64,000 nt of DNA from Candidatus Komeilibacteria bacterium CG11_big_fil_rev_8_21_14_0_20_36_20 (GCA_002787405.1 PCWQ01000007.1:31296-95295); one strand, 5' to 3'; shown: positions 18,916 to 28,806, counted from the first letter of the stretch. The notes: a model not told the origin generated them from the letters alone. Translations and numbers: made by a program.

Positions 18916-21084
18916 TTAATGACTTAAATCAATGACTATTTTATTTCTAAATAAAGAATCTGATGAACTCAATAATTTTTCCTCTTTATTAGCTATAACA
19001 ATTATCTCTGAAAATTTGACAAGCTCTTTCAAGTTATCCGTCAATAATGAAGATATATGTGGAATATGATTTATAATATAGTTTTTATTAGCTCCAAATA
19101 TTCTTGCCATATAAATATTTTTATCAAATATTGACACTTCAATCCCTTTGCCTATTAAATGCTCTACTATATCTATCATGGGGCTGTTTCTTAAATCATC
19201 TGTATTTTCTTTAAACGATAAACCAATTATCCCAATTTTCTTTTTATTAAAAGATAAAATAGTCTTTAAAATATTCTTTATATGCATGTTGTTGCTATTT
19301 AAAATATTAAATATCACCGGCAATTCTAAATCTCTCTTTTTAGCTCTGTTAACAAAAGCATTCAAATCTTTAGGAAGACATGAACCACCAAAGGGTTTGC
19401 CTGGCTTTAAATAATACGGTGATAAATTTAATTTTCTATCTTTGCAAAATATCTCCATAACTTTATGAGAATTAACACCAGCTGACTTACAGAATGTATC
19501 AATTTCATTAGCAAATGAAACCTTAAGAGCATGAAAAACATTATCAACATATTTAACAGTCTCTGCTGTTTTAATGTCAGTAACCATTTTCTCGCCAGAA
19601 ACATTATTATACAATAAATCCATCAAAAATTTGCCATCCTTTTCATCTTCTGCTCCAATAATTATTTTAGGGGGATTATAAAAATCAAAAATAGCTGAAC
19701 CCTCTCTTAAAAACTCCGGATTATGACATAATTTAATATTCTTGAATACTTTTTCTCCACATATTTTTAATAACATTGGCTTAATTATTGAATCAATTGT
19801 CCCTGGTAAAATAGTACTCCTAATTATAATAGTATGTTCCGAATTCTTTACCAATAAAGCTTTTGCTATTGTCGTAATAGCTTTTTCAATACTTGTATAA
19901 TCAATGCTGCCATTAGCTAAAGATGGCGTACCCACGCAAATCACGCTAATAGCCGTATTGATTATTGCAAAATCAACATCATCGGTGGCTTTTAATCTTC
20001 CGCACTCGACAGCGCTTTTTATTAAAGGACCTAATTCTGTTTCTATTAATGGGGCAACTCCTTGATTAATGGCTCCGATTTTAATAGGATTAACATCAAC
20101 ACCGATAATTTCAAAATTATTCTTTGCTAAACAGGCAGCGGAAACACAACCAACGTAGCCTAAACCGAAAATGCTGATTTTATTTATTTGATCTACGGAG
20201 GGCAAGCTTATTTTATCAACCGGCTCGCTTACCTTGTGTACACTAGAGAAATCCTGATGCTGCATCAAACTTCTAATTGCTAATTGCTCCTCTTCTTTCA
20301 AGGATTTAAAATAACCATCATCTCTTTTTATGTCACTATTGATTTCTAGCAACTCCGGATAATCTTTTAATAAATTAAGTATATCTTTCATGAAAAAAAT
20401 ATTTCTATCTTTGTATAAATTCTTATACACTTCTCTGACAAATTTTAAATCGCGTTCTTCATCAACTGTCCAACGCATTTGAGAATAATCCTGATCACAA
20501 TCATCTCCCTGAAAAGTATTAATTTTAAAGATTTGAGAATTATTCCAAATATAAGGCGTCACATGTTCTCTCTCGGATTTTAACTTTGCTTCTTTCCATG
20601 CTTTTTCTAAAGAACTAAAATTAAATACTTCCGTGTCTAAACCATCAGGATATGCTGAATCCATTGATTTATTAGTATGAGCTGTGCTAACATAATCAAA
20701 ATTATTTTTTAAGAAATATTCTATTGTTTTATCTATGATATTTGGATCTATCAAAGGACAGTCGCCTGTGATCCTTACAATGATATCAGTTTTATATTTC
20801 TTTGCTGCTTGATAATATCTATCTAAAACATCTGATTCGCTTCCCGTATAAACATCAATGCCTATTTGAGACGCGACTTCAACTAACTTCTGATCTATCA
20901 GCTTGTCACTAGTGGCTAATATTACTTTATCAATTTTACTAGTGCTTTTGACCCTATTTACTACATGCCAAATCATTGGTTTGCCAGCAATATCAGCTAT
21001 TACTTTATTAGGCAACCTTTCCGCACTCATCCTAGCTTGAATAATTGCTACTATCATAATATTTGTGGGGCTAGACCATAACAA
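18916..21084 (-). CDS. bifunctional fusion of an N-terminal PseF/SpsF-like acylneuraminate cytidylyltransferase and a C-terminal UDP-sugar 6-dehydrogenase
   Basis: The N-terminus (IIQARMSAERLPNKV) is characteristic of the CTP_transf_3 family. The C-terminal half carries the NAD-binding motif GLGYVGCVSAACLA and the catalytic-Cys motif FGGSCLPKD of the UDP-glucose/GDP-mannose dehydrogenase family. Confidence 0.75.
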   Translation of the reverse strand: MLWSSPTNIMIVAIIQARMSAERLPNKVIADIAGKPMIWHVVNRVKSTSKIDKVILATSDKLIDQKLVEVASQIGIDVYTGSESDVLDRYYQAAKKYKTDIIVRITGDCPLIDPNIIDKTIEYFLKNNFDYVSTAHTNKSMDSAYPDGLDTEVFNFSSLEKAWKEAKLKSEREHVTPYIWNNSQIFKINTFQGDDCDQDYSQMRWTVDEERDLKFVREVYKNLYKDRNIFFMKDILNLLKDYPELLEINSDIKRDDGYFKSLKEEEQLAIRSLMQHQDFSSVHKVSEPVDKISLPSVDQINKISIFGLGYVGCVSAACLAKNNFEIIGVDVNPIKIGAINQGVAPLIETELGPLIKSAVECGRLKATDDVDFAIINTAISVICVGTPSLANGSIDYTSIEKAITTIAKALLVKNSEHTIIIRSTILPGTIDSIIKPMLLKICGEKVFKNIKLCHNPEFLREGSAIFDFYNPPKIIIGAEDEKDGKFLMDLLYNNVSGEKMVTDIKTAETVKYVDNVFHALKVSFANEIDTFCKSAGVNSHKVMEIFCKDRKLNLSPYYLKPGKPFGGSCLPKDLNAFVNRAKKRDLELPVIFNILNSNNMHIKNILKTILSFNKKKIGIIGLSFKENTDDLRNSPMIDIVEHLIGKGIEVSIFDKNIYMARIFGANKNYIINHIPHISSLLTDNLKELVKFSEIIVIANKEEKLLSSSDSLFRNKIVIDLSH

Positions 21085-21710
21085 GATCTAATAACCAGAT
21101 GGCGATGGATATTAAATCCATTTTTATTAATTTTTTCTGGATCTACATAACGTCCTATATAAACCCTATCACCATTGTGGTCCTTGTCAGAACACCAAAT
21201 AAAATCGTGCGCCCATAAAATCTGACCCTTATTTAATAAATAATAAGAAAAGAAAGTAAAAGCTGCTAAAATGGCTGAAGGGAAACCTTCCTTCATTTTT
21301 AAATCATTGTGTATTGTTTCAGGACTTTTACCACGACTATCTTCTGTAACATTTTTTTTAATTAAATACCATTTAAAATCTAAAACTTGATCATTAGCGA
21401 ATTTCTCATTCAAATACCAGTCCTGACTATAAAAACAGGGCTCTGATTTATCAGGCTGCCAACCAAAAATTGATCGCAGTTTGTTGATTGTTAATTTTTG
21501 TCCATCTGAGCTTTCGGGCATTCCTAGAATCAAAATATAATCATGTTTAATATTAATTTGCTCTAGATAATCCACGCTAAAAGGAACTTTTGGTATTGAT
21601 GATCTAAAGTTAAACGTATTAGATATTTTAAACTCGGAACTTATCGTCTTAAGCTCTTCCGGCCCAATAAAATCCGAGCCCATTATTTTTTTTATTTGTT
21701 GAAAATCCAT
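21054..21710 (-). CDS. hypothetical protein
   Basis: A 218-aa ORF in operon context with no recognisable motif. Confidence 0.4.
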   Translation of the reverse strand: MDFQQIKKIMGSDFIGPEELKTISSEFKISNTFNFRSSIPKVPFSVDYLEQINIKHDYILILGMPESSDGQKLTINKLRSIFGWQPDKSEPCFYSQDWYLNEKFANDQVLDFKWYLIKKNVTEDSRGKSPETIHNDLKMKEGFPSAILAAFTFFSYYLLNKGQILWAHDFIWCSDKDHNGDRVYIGRYVDPEKINKNGFNIHRHLVIRSCYGLAPQIL

Positions 21711-21716
21711 ATTTAA

Positions 21717-22310
21717 CTACTTTTGTTTCTCTTTCCAACTTTGATAATCCACTGCTGCTCTAATACTAACCAGATGGCCCTTTTTTCTATATTGTTTTAT
21801 TTTTGCCAACTCCACCCCTAAAAGTTGCAAGCGAGTTAGATTAGAATAACTAGTTTGTTCAAACCAGGAAAGGTCGCGAGCAGGCGCATTAAATATTTGT
21901 ATTTTTAATCTTGCCTGCTTCATTGCTTGTAAAAATGTAAGAAATGCTCTATCTTGATGAAAATGTGAAGCAACCAAAATTATTTTTTTCCACTTTTTAT
22001 TCCTTACTATCTTCATCACCTCCACCCCCTGATCATAGGTGTTCTGAGAATTATCTTCTATAACAATTTTATTTTTTGGTACACCTGCTTTTAATAATTT
22101 TTTAGCTAATAGACCAGCAGGAATAGTAAACTGCGGTACACTAGTGCACCCGCCTGAGACAACAATATTTTTTGCTAAGCCATCTTGAAATATTTTTAAG
22201 GTCTGTTTGAATCGATTATAACCATCTCCTTCTAACCAAATAACAGCATCTGATTTTTTAACAATGTCATTACTAGTGATGGCTATTAATGCTACCTCGT
22301 TAAATTTCAT
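21717..22310 (-). CDS. hypothetical protein (possibly DUF218/YdcF-like)
   Basis: 197 aa. The IVVSGG stretch is reminiscent of DUF218; the similarity is weak. Confidence 0.35.
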   Translation of the reverse strand: MKFNEVALIAITSNDIVKKSDAVIWLEGDGYNRFKQTLKIFQDGLAKNIVVSGGCTSVPQFTIPAGLLAKKLLKAGVPKNKIVIEDNSQNTYDQGVEVMKIVRNKKWKKIILVASHFHQDRAFLTFLQAMKQARLKIQIFNAPARDLSWFEQTSYSNLTRLQLLGVELAKIKQYRKKGHLVSIRAAVDYQSWKEKQK

Positions 22311-22325
22311 AATTATTTTAATTAT

Positions 22326-23438
22326 CTAATTAAGATCTCCCCAATATATTGCTTCTCTGGCTTTAATATCATTCTTAGCTCTGCGTCCAACTATAGTATC
22401 CTTATGTTTTGGAAGAATACCTACCGCTGGTCTTAATTCAATAATATCATCATCTTTAATAACTTCGCCTTTATTAATGTCTTTCTTGGCGTGCAATGAA
22501 CGACGTTGAACAATTACCGTTTCTGCTTCTTCTTCAACCACATCTTTCACGGTACTGCCAAGGGCTTTCTCTAATAATCTTATTTGCTCAACCATTTTTT
22601 TGAATTTTTGTGCTTCCATTGAATGAGGATGATCTGGTCCATTGTCTTTATTGCTCAAAGTAAAATGTTTTTCAATCACCCTTGCTCCTAAGGCGACTGC
22701 TCCTAAAACCACTAAACTGCCAGGGGAATGATCAGAATAACCAGTCATAACATCAAAAGTGTTTTGATACGTTTTTAATACATTAATATTAGCACTCTCA
22801 ACTTTTGATGGATAATTAGTAATGCACTGCAAAAGCACTAAATCATTATTGCCTGTTGATTTGATAATTTTAACCGCCTCATCTATTTCAGCGAGGGTGC
22901 TATCTCCAGTTGACAGCATTATTGGTTTATTTTTCTTAGCAATGTATTTTAATATTTCATGCCAAGTGATATCTCCTGAACCAATCTTAAAAAAATCAAC
23001 TCCTAACTCATCCAAAAGATCTACAGCTGCAAAATCATAAGGAGCAGAAGTAAACAAGACACCTATTTGCTGACAATAATCAAAAAGTTCTCTATGCCAT
23101 TCTCTTGGAAATTCAGCTTCCTTAAAAACTTCATCAATAGGCTTATCCCATGTTCCATGCACTCCCTTTAACTTCATTTTGGAAAAACTTGGCCCAGAAA
23201 CAATCGTATCAGCCGAAAAAGTCTGAAACTTTACTACATCAGCACCAGATTTTTTAGCAGCCAAGGCTAACTTTTTAGCTTTTTCTAAACTACCATCAAA
23301 ATTTGCTCCAATATCAGCTATAATTAAGGTAGAGTGACCTTCACCAATAAATTTATGAGCAATGGGAATATTTTTAGAAAATTTACTCATACACTTTACT
23401 TTAATAATAATTTCTTTAAATCTTTTGCTGTCATCCAC
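22326..23438 (-). CDS. nonulosonic acid synthase (NeuB/PseI/LegI family, with C-terminal SAF domain)
   Basis: LIIADIGANFDGSLEKAKKLALAAKKSGADVVKFQTF is typical of NeuB-family aldolases. 370 aa. Confidence 0.85.
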   Translation of the reverse strand: MDDSKRFKEIIIKVKCMSKFSKNIPIAHKFIGEGHSTLIIADIGANFDGSLEKAKKLALAAKKSGADVVKFQTFSADTIVSGPSFSKMKLKGVHGTWDKPIDEVFKEAEFPREWHRELFDYCQQIGVLFTSAPYDFAAVDLLDELGVDFFKIGSGDITWHEILKYIAKKNKPIMLSTGDSTLAEIDEAVKIIKSTGNNDLVLLQCITNYPSKVESANINVLKTYQNTFDVMTGYSDHSPGSLVVLGAVALGARVIEKHFTLSNKDNGPDHPHSMEAQKFKKMVEQIRLLEKALGSTVKDVVEEEAETVIVQRRSLHAKKDINKGEVIKDDDIIELRPAVGILPKHKDTIVGRRAKNDIKAREAIYWGDLN

Positions 23439-24367
23439 TCTTTATTTGTGTCGCTAACAAAACCAATGTTAGACTCCATCTTCTTCCCCATATCTAAAAA
23501 CTTTTTAAAATGTTCTTCCTTATTATAAGACTCGGACAAAACAACAAAATATTTATCTAACTCTACTGTATGTCTGGTTTCTTCTTTAGTTACCAGTGTT
23601 TCGTGTAATTTTTCACCAGGCCTGATGCCAATGATTTCCCTAGGGACGTTAGGCGCTAGGGCGTTAACTAAATCAACTAGTTTCATACTCGGAATTTTTG
23701 GTATAAAAATTTCTCCTCCCTGCATATTCTCTAGAGTAAATAACACTAATCTAAAAGCTTGCTCTAAGGTTATCCAAAATCTAGTCATCCTTTCATCAGT
23801 TATATATACCTTTTCAAGACTTGATTTCTTCAAAAGATGTTCCACAATACTTCCCCGACTGCCTATAACGTTGCCGTATCTAACACAACTAAACTTAGTT
23901 TTATCAGTGGCGTAAGAATTACCACTGCTAAATAATTTTTCTGCACAAAGTTTGGTCGACCCGTATAAATTGACCGGCTGAGCAGCTTTATCAGTCGAAA
24001 TTAATACCACTCTCTTAACTTGCTGATCAATAGCGGCATCAATAACGTTCTGGCTGCCTAGAATATTCGTTTTTACTGCCTCAAATGGATTATATTCTAA
24101 TGTTGGAATTTGTTTTAAAGCCGCTGCATGAATAATAATATCAACCCCACGAAAAGCCCGTTGCAATCTCTGTAAATCTCGCACATCACCAAGAAAAAAT
24201 CTTAACCTATCATCAGATATTTCTTTTTTCATTTCTGACTGCTTTAATTCATCACGGCTGAAGACGATTAATTTCTTTAGTTGATAATTATCAAGTAAAA
24301 ATTTTGTAAAGCTTTTGCCAAAAGATCCGGTTCCACCGGTGACTAAAACGGTTTTATTGTCTAACAT
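23396..24367 (-). CDS. UDP-GlcNAc 4,6-dehydratase (PseB/CapD-like SDR)
   Basis: The N-terminus reads MLDNKTVLVTGGTGSFGKSF...IVFSRDELKQSEM, as in PseB/FlaA1. Confidence 0.85.
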   Translation of the reverse strand: MLDNKTVLVTGGTGSFGKSFTKFLLDNYQLKKLIVFSRDELKQSEMKKEISDDRLRFFLGDVRDLQRLQRAFRGVDIIIHAAALKQIPTLEYNPFEAVKTNILGSQNVIDAAIDQQVKRVVLISTDKAAQPVNLYGSTKLCAEKLFSSGNSYATDKTKFSCVRYGNVIGSRGSIVEHLLKKSSLEKVYITDERMTRFWITLEQAFRLVLFTLENMQGGEIFIPKIPSMKLVDLVNALAPNVPREIIGIRPGEKLHETLVTKEETRHTVELDKYFVVLSESYNKEEHFKKFLDMGKKMESNIGFVSDTNKEWMTAKDLKKLLLK

Positions 24368-24414
24368 AAATTTAAAATTATAATTTATTATTATTTTATT
24401 AAAATTTAAGATTA

Positions 24415-25836
24415 CTATTTTAATGCCTCAATTACTCTCTTGGTCATATTAGACATACTCTCTTGTCTACTAATTTTTGTTGGTAAATCAGTGGGATTGA
24501 TAATAAAAGCATCAAAATTAATATTATCGACGCTTTTCAAATAATTAATAATATCCTGCTGATTTATACGAAAACCATTTTTAATTCTATTAAAAGCCAC
24601 CTTACAACTTTCAACATTATTCACTCTAAAAACACCAGGACAATCTCTATACCAGGGAAGTCCGAAGATAAGAGGTGGCTTAGAATTTAATAATGCTTCC
24701 CAGCCAGCTGTCCCAGTAACTGTAGCCACCGCTTGTGCTTTATAGATAAGATCAAAGGTACTAGTCGAAACTGGGATTAAAGACACATTCTTTAATTTTA
24801 AAATCTTTGTATAATAACCTGGATAGCGACCATCTGCATAATTTATTCCATGAAACCACCATTGAGCAGGGTGTTCCTTTGTATATATAACCCAATCATC
24901 AGGCAAGGCGCTACTCAAAACCTCTAACATAAGAATTTGATCAACAAATACATCGCCCATAGGGCTAGTTGTATATTCGGGCTGATATTGCAGTGGTACG
25001 TAAATAAATTTTTTGGATAAATCCGGAACACATTGAAATTTAAGATATTCTTTTTTGGTATTTTGTTTTAATCTCTTATTAAGATGCCCCATGGCCGATT
25101 TCAAAATCTTCCCCCGCTTAATATGCTTACCTGTAATTTTTAATTTAGTTAAAAATAAATTGACCCCAGTATACTGCCTCCTTCCTTCTTTCATATATAT
25201 TGGCGTCGCATCGCGATTCTTATCCACACCTTGAATATAGTGTTCTCGTAAATCATTACTAAGATCTTCGATGGAAAAATGTTTACCTCTATTACTCTCT
25301 ATTTCCTTACATAAGACCTGACTACCCTTACGAAAGTCTTCGTACATGATAGTTTTACCAAACTGCCATGTTGATTCGAACATTAGTGTTTTTATTCTGA
25401 ATAATTTTGCTAAGGAATAAATCACATAATCATGCGATGAATGAGGTGGAAAGGCATAAACAATAGCATCTGGTTTATATTTTTTAAGAACGCCATTCCA
25501 ATATTGTAAAAGGTTGTAATATAAATGTTTGCGTTCATCAACCCTCTGCATGCCATGACACTTTCTATTCATCATGGTTAAAATTAAAGATTCATCATGA
25601 TATAATTTCTCTATTAAATCAACACCCGGCGCTGGAAATTGCGATGTATCAACACCCGGCGCTGGTTTAGCGACCCAAGCATCTGGATGATTATGAAAAA
25701 TAATTTCAGGATATTTCTTTTCTACTCCCCCAGAAAACCCTAGCCAATAAACAACCTTATGAGAATTTCTTTTTAATTCTAATAGTAATTCTTCTATTTC
25801 TGGCCCACATTGTGTCCAACTCAAAAGTATACGCAT
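24415..25836 (-). CDS. capsule-polysaccharide-biosynthesis-like protein (KpsC/KpsS family, Capsule_synth); candidate retaining Kdo or nonulosonic-acid transferase
   Basis: The segment YVPLQYQPEYTTSPMGDVFVDQILMLEVLSSALPDDWVIYTKEHP matches the Capsule_synth core pattern (vLfPLQ...vvKeHP). Confidence 0.5.
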   Translation of the reverse strand: MRILLSWTQCGPEIEELLLELKRNSHKVVYWLGFSGGVEKKYPEIIFHNHPDAWVAKPAPGVDTSQFPAPGVDLIEKLYHDESLILTMMNRKCHGMQRVDERKHLYYNLLQYWNGVLKKYKPDAIVYAFPPHSSHDYVIYSLAKLFRIKTLMFESTWQFGKTIMYEDFRKGSQVLCKEIESNRGKHFSIEDLSNDLREHYIQGVDKNRDATPIYMKEGRRQYTGVNLFLTKLKITGKHIKRGKILKSAMGHLNKRLKQNTKKEYLKFQCVPDLSKKFIYVPLQYQPEYTTSPMGDVFVDQILMLEVLSSALPDDWVIYTKEHPAQWWFHGINYADGRYPGYYTKILKLKNVSLIPVSTSTFDLIYKAQAVATVTGTAGWEALLNSKPPLIFGLPWYRDCPGVFRVNNVESCKVAFNRIKNGFRINQQDIINYLKSVDNINFDAFIINPTDLPTKISRQESMSNMTKRVIEALK

Positions 25837-25841
25837 ACAAA

Positions 25842-27623
25842 CTAATTATTTCTTAAATTATATATTTTAAAAAAATAAGAATTTTTATTTTTTAATAATG
25901 CCTTTGGCCTTCCTTGTTCAATAATTTTACCTCCACTTAAAACAATCAATCTATCCGCATCAGTTATCGTTGATAATCTATGCGCAATCACTAGAACTGT
26001 CATATAACCTTTAAGATGATTAATAACTTCTTGTATTTCTTTTTCCGATTCAACATCCAAAGCGCTCGTTGCTTCATCAAAAATCAATAATTGTGGATTT
26101 TTAACCAAAATACGCGCAATAACAACTCTTTGACGCTGTCCAGCTGAAAGTAAAATACCGCGCTCGCCAATTATAGTATCAAACTTATCAGGATAACCTT
26201 GAATAAAATTATAGATACTAGCCATCTTAGCAGCTTGTTCTACTTCTTGATCACTAATGGAGTTATCATAAAATTTAATATTATTGGCAATTGTATCGTT
26301 TATTAAAAATATATCTTGAGAAACATAACCAATGTTCTTTCGCCAATCATCTAAACTAATGGAATTAATATTTTTTCCGTCCAACAAAATTTGTCCATCC
26401 TTAGGATTAAATAAACGCAAAATCAAATCAATTAACGTGGTCTTTCCAACTCCCGAAGGACCTATAATACCAATCATCTCCCCTTTCTTGACTCCAAAAT
26501 TAATATTAGACAATATTTTTTTATGATGCTCATAATAAAAATTTATATTTTTAAATTCTAAATTTTTATTAAACAAAAAGGGAGCTGATCCCTTATTAAT
26601 TTCTTTGTTAGCGACAGCTTTTTGTTCGTAACTTAATACACTATTCAAATATGGAACAAATTCATTAATAGTATTTAAATTGCTTTGTAATTGCTGAAAA
26701 TATACAAAAATTCTTTCTATTAAATATATTATTGCCGCTAGAGACGCAAAATTAAAATCGGGTGATTTATAGAAAAAAGCAAAGATTAAACAAATAAAAA
26801 TTATACTAACAGGTTGAATAAGAGAATATGAGATGGCCTGCAATAAAAGAATTTTTATTGATATTTTTTTTAACTTATTAAAATAATCTTGCCCCTTTAA
26901 CAATACTTTATTCTCAACAGACATTCCTTTGACTGTTTTAATCCCCATAATATTCTCATTAACATAATGCGCTATCTCCTTATTACTATCTGACATCTTT
27001 CTAGAAGATACTTTAATCTTATAAATTATCGGTTTTAAAAAAAGAAACAGTAACATTCCTATGGCGAAAACCAGTGCAGTAATAGTCATAGAAATGTTTA
27101 TTGCTACTAAAGTATAAATCAATAAACTAGTTATTTGCATTATAGCGGCACTAATTTGTCTTAATAAAACCGCACTGGCACGCACATCTGTCATTATGAC
27201 AGTTTCTAGATAGCCTAACTTTTGCTTTAATAAATATGGCCAGTCGGCCTTAAGAGTTTTATCTAATAATAAGCCCCTGGTTTTTTCTTCATAATCCGAA
27301 GTTATTTTTATCTTAATATAATTAAAAATAACTGTTGCAACTGTTTTTAAAAAAAACAAAATACTAATAAATATTAGTAGCCATATTACACTTGGGGTAA
27401 TATGAATAAACGAGAAAAAATTACCAATAATTCTAGATATCAAATTATCGCCAGATTGATCCTTTAAGATAAAAGAAAATAAAGGAATTAAAGTATTAAT
27501 TCCAATACCTTCCAACAAACTTGCTATAAAGCCCAATATTACTAAAATTATGATTTGTGATTTATATTTTCCAAACGCTTCTTTTGATAATTTTAGAATT
27601 GTAGTTACTCTATTATTTCTCAT
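25842..27623 (-). CDS. ABC exporter, fused permease and ATPase (MsbA/PglK-like)
   Basis: Six N-terminal TM helices are followed by Walker A (GPSGVGKTT), the ABC signature (LSAGQRQRVVIAR) and Walker B (LLIFDEATSALD). Confidence 0.85.
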   Translation of the reverse strand: MRNNRVTTILKLSKEAFGKYKSQIIILVILGFIASLLEGIGINTLIPLFSFILKDQSGDNLISRIIGNFFSFIHITPSVIWLLIFISILFFLKTVATVIFNYIKIKITSDYEEKTRGLLLDKTLKADWPYLLKQKLGYLETVIMTDVRASAVLLRQISAAIMQITSLLIYTLVAINISMTITALVFAIGMLLFLFLKPIIYKIKVSSRKMSDSNKEIAHYVNENIMGIKTVKGMSVENKVLLKGQDYFNKLKKISIKILLLQAISYSLIQPVSIIFICLIFAFFYKSPDFNFASLAAIIYLIERIFVYFQQLQSNLNTINEFVPYLNSVLSYEQKAVANKEINKGSAPFLFNKNLEFKNINFYYEHHKKILSNINFGVKKGEMIGIIGPSGVGKTTLIDLILRLFNPKDGQILLDGKNINSISLDDWRKNIGYVSQDIFLINDTIANNIKFYDNSISDQEVEQAAKMASIYNFIQGYPDKFDTIIGERGILLSAGQRQRVVIARILVKNPQLLIFDEATSALDVESEKEIQEVINHLKGYMTVLVIAHRLSTITDADRLIVLSGGKIIEQGRPKALLKNKNSYFFKIYNLRNN

Positions 27624-27644
27624 TGATAATTATAAAATATTTGA

Positions 27645-27932
27645 TTACCATTTATTAATTTTATTCACTACTTTTTTCTTGGCTGTCAAATAATATTTAG
27701 TCGCCTTTTTTTCTGCTTTAGGGGATATCAAACGTAATATTTCCTTACCCAAAATTCTATATTGTCCGCCAACTTTGTTAGCCCTAATAAGTCCCTTTTT
27801 TAACATGCGCTTAATAGTGCTGTTACTTATTTTTAACAGCTCTTGTGCCTCACTGGTAGTGTAAACAATGTTTGGTCTTATTTCTCTATTATCCATAATA
27901 ATATAATACACTGAAGTATCAAATGGTGTCAA
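27645..27932 (-). CDS. excisionase-family HTH (HTH_17) DNA-binding protein with a Lys-rich tail
   Basis: The sequence TTSEAQELLKISNSTIKRMLKKGLIRANKVGGQYRI has the MerR/excisionase-type HTH pattern. Confidence 0.6.
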   Translation of the reverse strand: MTPFDTSVYYIIMDNREIRPNIVYTTSEAQELLKISNSTIKRMLKKGLIRANKVGGQYRILGKEILRLISPKAEKKATKYYLTAKKKVVNKINKW

Positions 27933-28017
27933 TAAGTGTCAATGTGGATAAAAAATATATCCAACCTTGCTAAATTGAATATATTTTATCATTTTTGGCT
28001 CTAATAATCATATTGAA

Positions 28018-28728
28018 TCATGGACGTTCAATAGATCTTAAATAATTTGAACATTCTTCATTGTCAATGTTATCTAATTTAAGTTTACCGTCCGTTTTTT
28101 CAAAAAGATATTCCTCTACTTCCTTATAATATCTATGCCATTTATCATAAAATTTCTGATCTTTAGGAACCTTTGCTTTATTTTTGTCTCGTGCTTCTTC
28201 AAGAGAAACTACATTAACATTTCTTACTCTAGCATCAGAATAGGCTATTATAAGTTGTTCTAGGGGTATCTCATCAATTGCTTTACTTCGTGCCTCATTA
28301 TCTTCAATATAAATTTCAGGTACTCGACCTGCATATGAAGCAGTTTGTATGAATTGTTCTGAATAACCAGCCTGTTCTAGTAAAATTGTAAGTCGACCCT
28401 CTTTTTTTTCAGTATCGTATCTAACATCCCTTTCTATATCTATCCTTTTACTGACATCATGTAAAATAGCAGCTGACTCAACTAGTTCTGGATCAATGTC
28501 TTGGCCAGCTGTTTTTAATTTTTCTGCTAAAAATCCGGCTAAAGAACTAACCACCATAAGATGTTCTGTAACATTACGCCAATCCTTATTATCTTTTCCT
28601 AAGAGTCCGGCCTTTTTAATAACTCTCATTTCTTTCATATGCCTCTTAGCAAAGCTATCCCAAGTCTTTATTTTTTCTTTTTCCCCACCAGTAAATTGAG
28701 TAGTATCTATATTAAATTTTTCTGGCAT
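28018..28728 (-). CDS. HD-domain phosphohydrolase
   Basis: The segment VTEHLMVVSSLAGFLA...AAILHDVSKR fits an HD motif. Confidence 0.55.
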   Translation of the reverse strand: MPEKFNIDTTQFTGGEKEKIKTWDSFAKRHMKEMRVIKKAGLLGKDNKDWRNVTEHLMVVSSLAGFLAEKLKTAGQDIDPELVESAAILHDVSKRIDIERDVRYDTEKKEGRLTILLEQAGYSEQFIQTASYAGRVPEIYIEDNEARSKAIDEIPLEQLIIAYSDARVRNVNVVSLEEARDKNKAKVPKDQKFYDKWHRYYKEVEEYLFEKTDGKLKLDNIDNEECSNYLRSIERP

Positions 28729-28806
28729 AGATTATTTTGTTTCATGATACATATAATTATATTAGACGGTATCATATTAAAATTGAATTTTTATTCCTTT
28801 TATTAT

